Shown one piece after another: positions 54,118-55,920 of a stretch of 55,920 nucleotides of DNA. Below the pieces are notes generated by a model, which saw only the letters and a list, made by a program, of their open reading frames with translations, was not told where the DNA came from and ran no database searches. The DNA lies in the NCBI GenBank assembly GCA_902805935.1, contig CADCUR010000001.1, positions 1-55,920 of the forward strand. The letters are read 5' to 3'. Source of the stretch: an uncultured Pyrinomonadaceae bacterium (lineage in GTDB: Bacteria > Acidobacteriota > Blastocatellia > Pyrinomonadales > Pyrinomonadaceae). Both the position numbers and the translations under genes were made by a program. Within the stretch, counting starts at the first letter, position 1, and every line of letters begins with the position of its first letter.

Positions 54118-55854
54118 CTACGCGCCCGTGCCCGGGTAATTTCCGCCGAGTTTCCCTTCTTCGCCTTCGGCTAAAGAACTGACCAATTCGTAATGAAAAT
54201 AATCGAATTTGGCGGCGACCGGCGGCTGGACGCGCTTGTCATACATATCGCGCGAACGATCAATCGCCTCGCGCAGACGCTCGTATAAATCCTGCGCTTC
54301 GCGTCCTTCGCGGACTTTCTGCTCGTTGTAGAGTTTAATCTCCGAAACGAGCAGCCGCGCGAAACGGCGGGCGTCATTGTGCAAACGGCGTTCGTCTTCG
54401 CCGACTTCAATCGGCAAATCAACATTGCGGTCGCTGAAGCGCGATTTGACGGGCGCGGCATTGACGACTGCGGCGGCTTCACTCGTTGCCGGTTCAAACG
54501 TTCTGCCGTTTGAACTCTCGGTTTTTCCGTTTGATGAACTGCCCGCTTGAACTGGAGAACTTTCAACCGCCTCGAATGGAACGCTTTCAAATCGCGTAAC
54601 TACGTCTGCTTCGATTGGTGATTTTACGACATCAGGCGTCTCCGAAAATTGATAATTGGCAGGCTGATATTCTTGAAAATCGTCTTCGGCAACGACCGGC
54701 TCGTATGATGTTTCTTTTGAAACTTCTTCGGCGACTGCTGTCTGATTCCGTGAACCGGTTGCCGCTTCCGTTTCGTCAACATATTCATTATCTTGGAAGG
54801 AAAAAGTTTCCGTTTTGTCGCTGCTGTCGTCAATGAAAGCCGCATCATCGGGAATTGACACCGGCGCCGTCGAGAATTCCTCGACGGAGATCGTTTCCGC
54901 TTCTTCGAATTGTTCATCCGAAGCAGCTTGATATTCTTCAACCACTTCGCTTTCGGCGAATTCTGCACGGCTTTCATCTGAAACTGATTCTTTTCGATCA
55001 CCGGAAACCGCCTGGTATTGCTGGCTGGTTCGGGCAGTGGGCGCAGCAGCTAAAACTTCGACCGTCAAACCGGCGACGCGCACCAGAGTTTCGAGCGCTT
55101 CGAGATTGACTGCGACGCCTTTAATTCCGTAATCGGCATACAGCACAGCAACGCCGCGACCACGCGCGACGAGCGGAATCGCATACATCCGGTCGGGCTG
55201 TCCGAATTCCAGGCGGCTCAGATAAACCGAATCGTCGGCGTATGTTCCGAATGAACTTTCAACCGCCTTCAGAGACCGAATTGATGCGCCCGGCGCGGTC
55301 GCCGATGCGATGGGGAAAAAAACTTCTCGAACCTTTTCTTCATTCGCTTCACCCTCTTTGCCGAAAACGCGCCAGCCGACGAAATGCTCGTTTTTGACGA
55401 TGAAGAACGCGCCGCGCGGCGTGAATTGCGCCGCGTGTTGTACGAGCGCTTTGAGAATCGTCGCCTGCGAATCCTGCGCGGTGATGTCGTTTACCGCGTC
55501 GCGCAGTAGTTCGCTGATTGCGACGGACGGCGCTGCATCATCAACAACAACCGATTCTTTCCCTATCAGTTCCGCTTCGGCAAGCGCCGTGGCGGTAATC
55601 CGCGCGCCTTCATCGCGCGCAAGGCGCAAATGTTCGATAACCGTCTCGGTGAATCCGGTTTCAAGGCTTCTTTCGGTTTCGAGCCGCGCGGAAAATTCTT
55701 GAAAAACCCCGTCGAGCTGCGACTTATGTTTATCGAATTCCGCTTCGATTTTCTCCCGGAACTCGGAAAACTCCTGCCGCATATCGGCGACGACATTCCT
55801 GAGATGATTCTCGAATTCGGTTCTCAAACTAAGTTCGAGTTCTTCACTATTCAC
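54118..55854 (-). CDS. Hypothetical multidomain protein (N-terminal coiled coil, GAF-like middle region, acidic low-complexity linker, conserved basic helical C-terminus)
   Basis: 578-aa ORF. The middle region (FTPRGAFFIVKNEHFVGWRVFG ... IPLVARGRGVAVLYAD) looks GAF-like. The C-terminus is RRFARLLVSEIKLYNEQKVREGR... I cannot assign a family. Confidence 0.6.
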   Translation of the reverse strand: MNSEELELSLRTEFENHLRNVVADMRQEFSEFREKIEAEFDKHKSQLDGVFQEFSARLETERSLETGFTETVIEHLRLARDEGARITATALAEAELIGKESVVVDDAAPSVAISELLRDAVNDITAQDSQATILKALVQHAAQFTPRGAFFIVKNEHFVGWRVFGKEGEANEEKVREVFFPIASATAPGASIRSLKAVESSFGTYADDSVYLSRLEFGQPDRMYAIPLVARGRGVAVLYADYGIKGVAVNLEALETLVRVAGLTVEVLAAAPTARTSQQYQAVSGDRKESVSDESRAEFAESEVVEEYQAASDEQFEEAETISVEEFSTAPVSIPDDAAFIDDSSDKTETFSFQDNEYVDETEAATGSRNQTAVAEEVSKETSYEPVVAEDDFQEYQPANYQFSETPDVVKSPIEADVVTRFESVPFEAVESSPVQAGSSSNGKTESSNGRTFEPATSEAAAVVNAAPVKSRFSDRNVDLPIEVGEDERRLHNDARRFARLLVSEIKLYNEQKVREGREAQDLYERLREAIDRSRDMYDKRVQPPVAAKFDYFHYELVSSLAEGEEGKLGGNYPGTGA

Positions 55855-55920
55855 TATATTCTTCCTCCGTATGTTGAAAAGACTGCACTTTTTGGGATGA
55901 ATCGGCTGGCAGTTTTGAGT

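Overview
This 55.9-kb window reads as an ordinary chromosomal, mostly housekeeping region with about 50 protein genes on both strands and one tRNA. All family assignments come from motifs read by eye; no searches were run. I saw no rRNA, CRISPR array, transposase, integrase or recognisable defence island.

The source is probably an Acidobacteriota-like bacterium. This is an inference from two TonB-dependent receptors with N-terminal carboxypeptidase-regulatory-like domains, a large secreted VWA protein and a fused Kgd-type 2-oxoglutarate dehydrogenase.

Confident genes:
- Cofactor and sulfur metabolism: lipA, a cysM / JAMM (mec) / CysO-MoeZ sulfur-carrier cysteine operon, ribH-nusB.
- Stress and protein handling: Mn-type sodA, a 2Fe-2S ferredoxin, dnaK-dnaJ-hspR (no grpE), def.
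- Core functions: truA, a PgsA-like transferase, smc, kgd, yacG, glpX, a 4Fe-4S ferredoxin.
- Other enzymes, transporters and secreted proteins: an acyl-CoA dehydrogenase, an S8 protease, an MFS transporter and a POT transporter, a TlpA-like redoxin, a MaoC dehydratase, DPP-IV, an Slt-like transglycosylase.

Observations most worth follow-up:
1. An unannotated 26-codon mini-ORF with three consecutive Cys codons, followed by an intrinsic terminator, lies just upstream of the cysteine operon. It is a candidate cysteine-sensing leader-peptide attenuator.
2. A ubiquitin-like CysO domain ending in Gly-Gly is fused in-frame to the E1-like MoeB-rhodanese enzyme, next to a JAMM peptidase.
3. Many intergenic regions carry long hairpins whose arms are built from tandem degenerate heptamers. 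Related heptamer tracts lie in-frame inside smc and a TonB receptor gene, and two convergent gene pairs are separated by perfect 30-bp hairpins.
4. A truncated CheA-like kinase has Hpt plus ATPase domains but no CheW-like domain.
5. A promoter-to-terminator unit of about 115 nt may be a small RNA.
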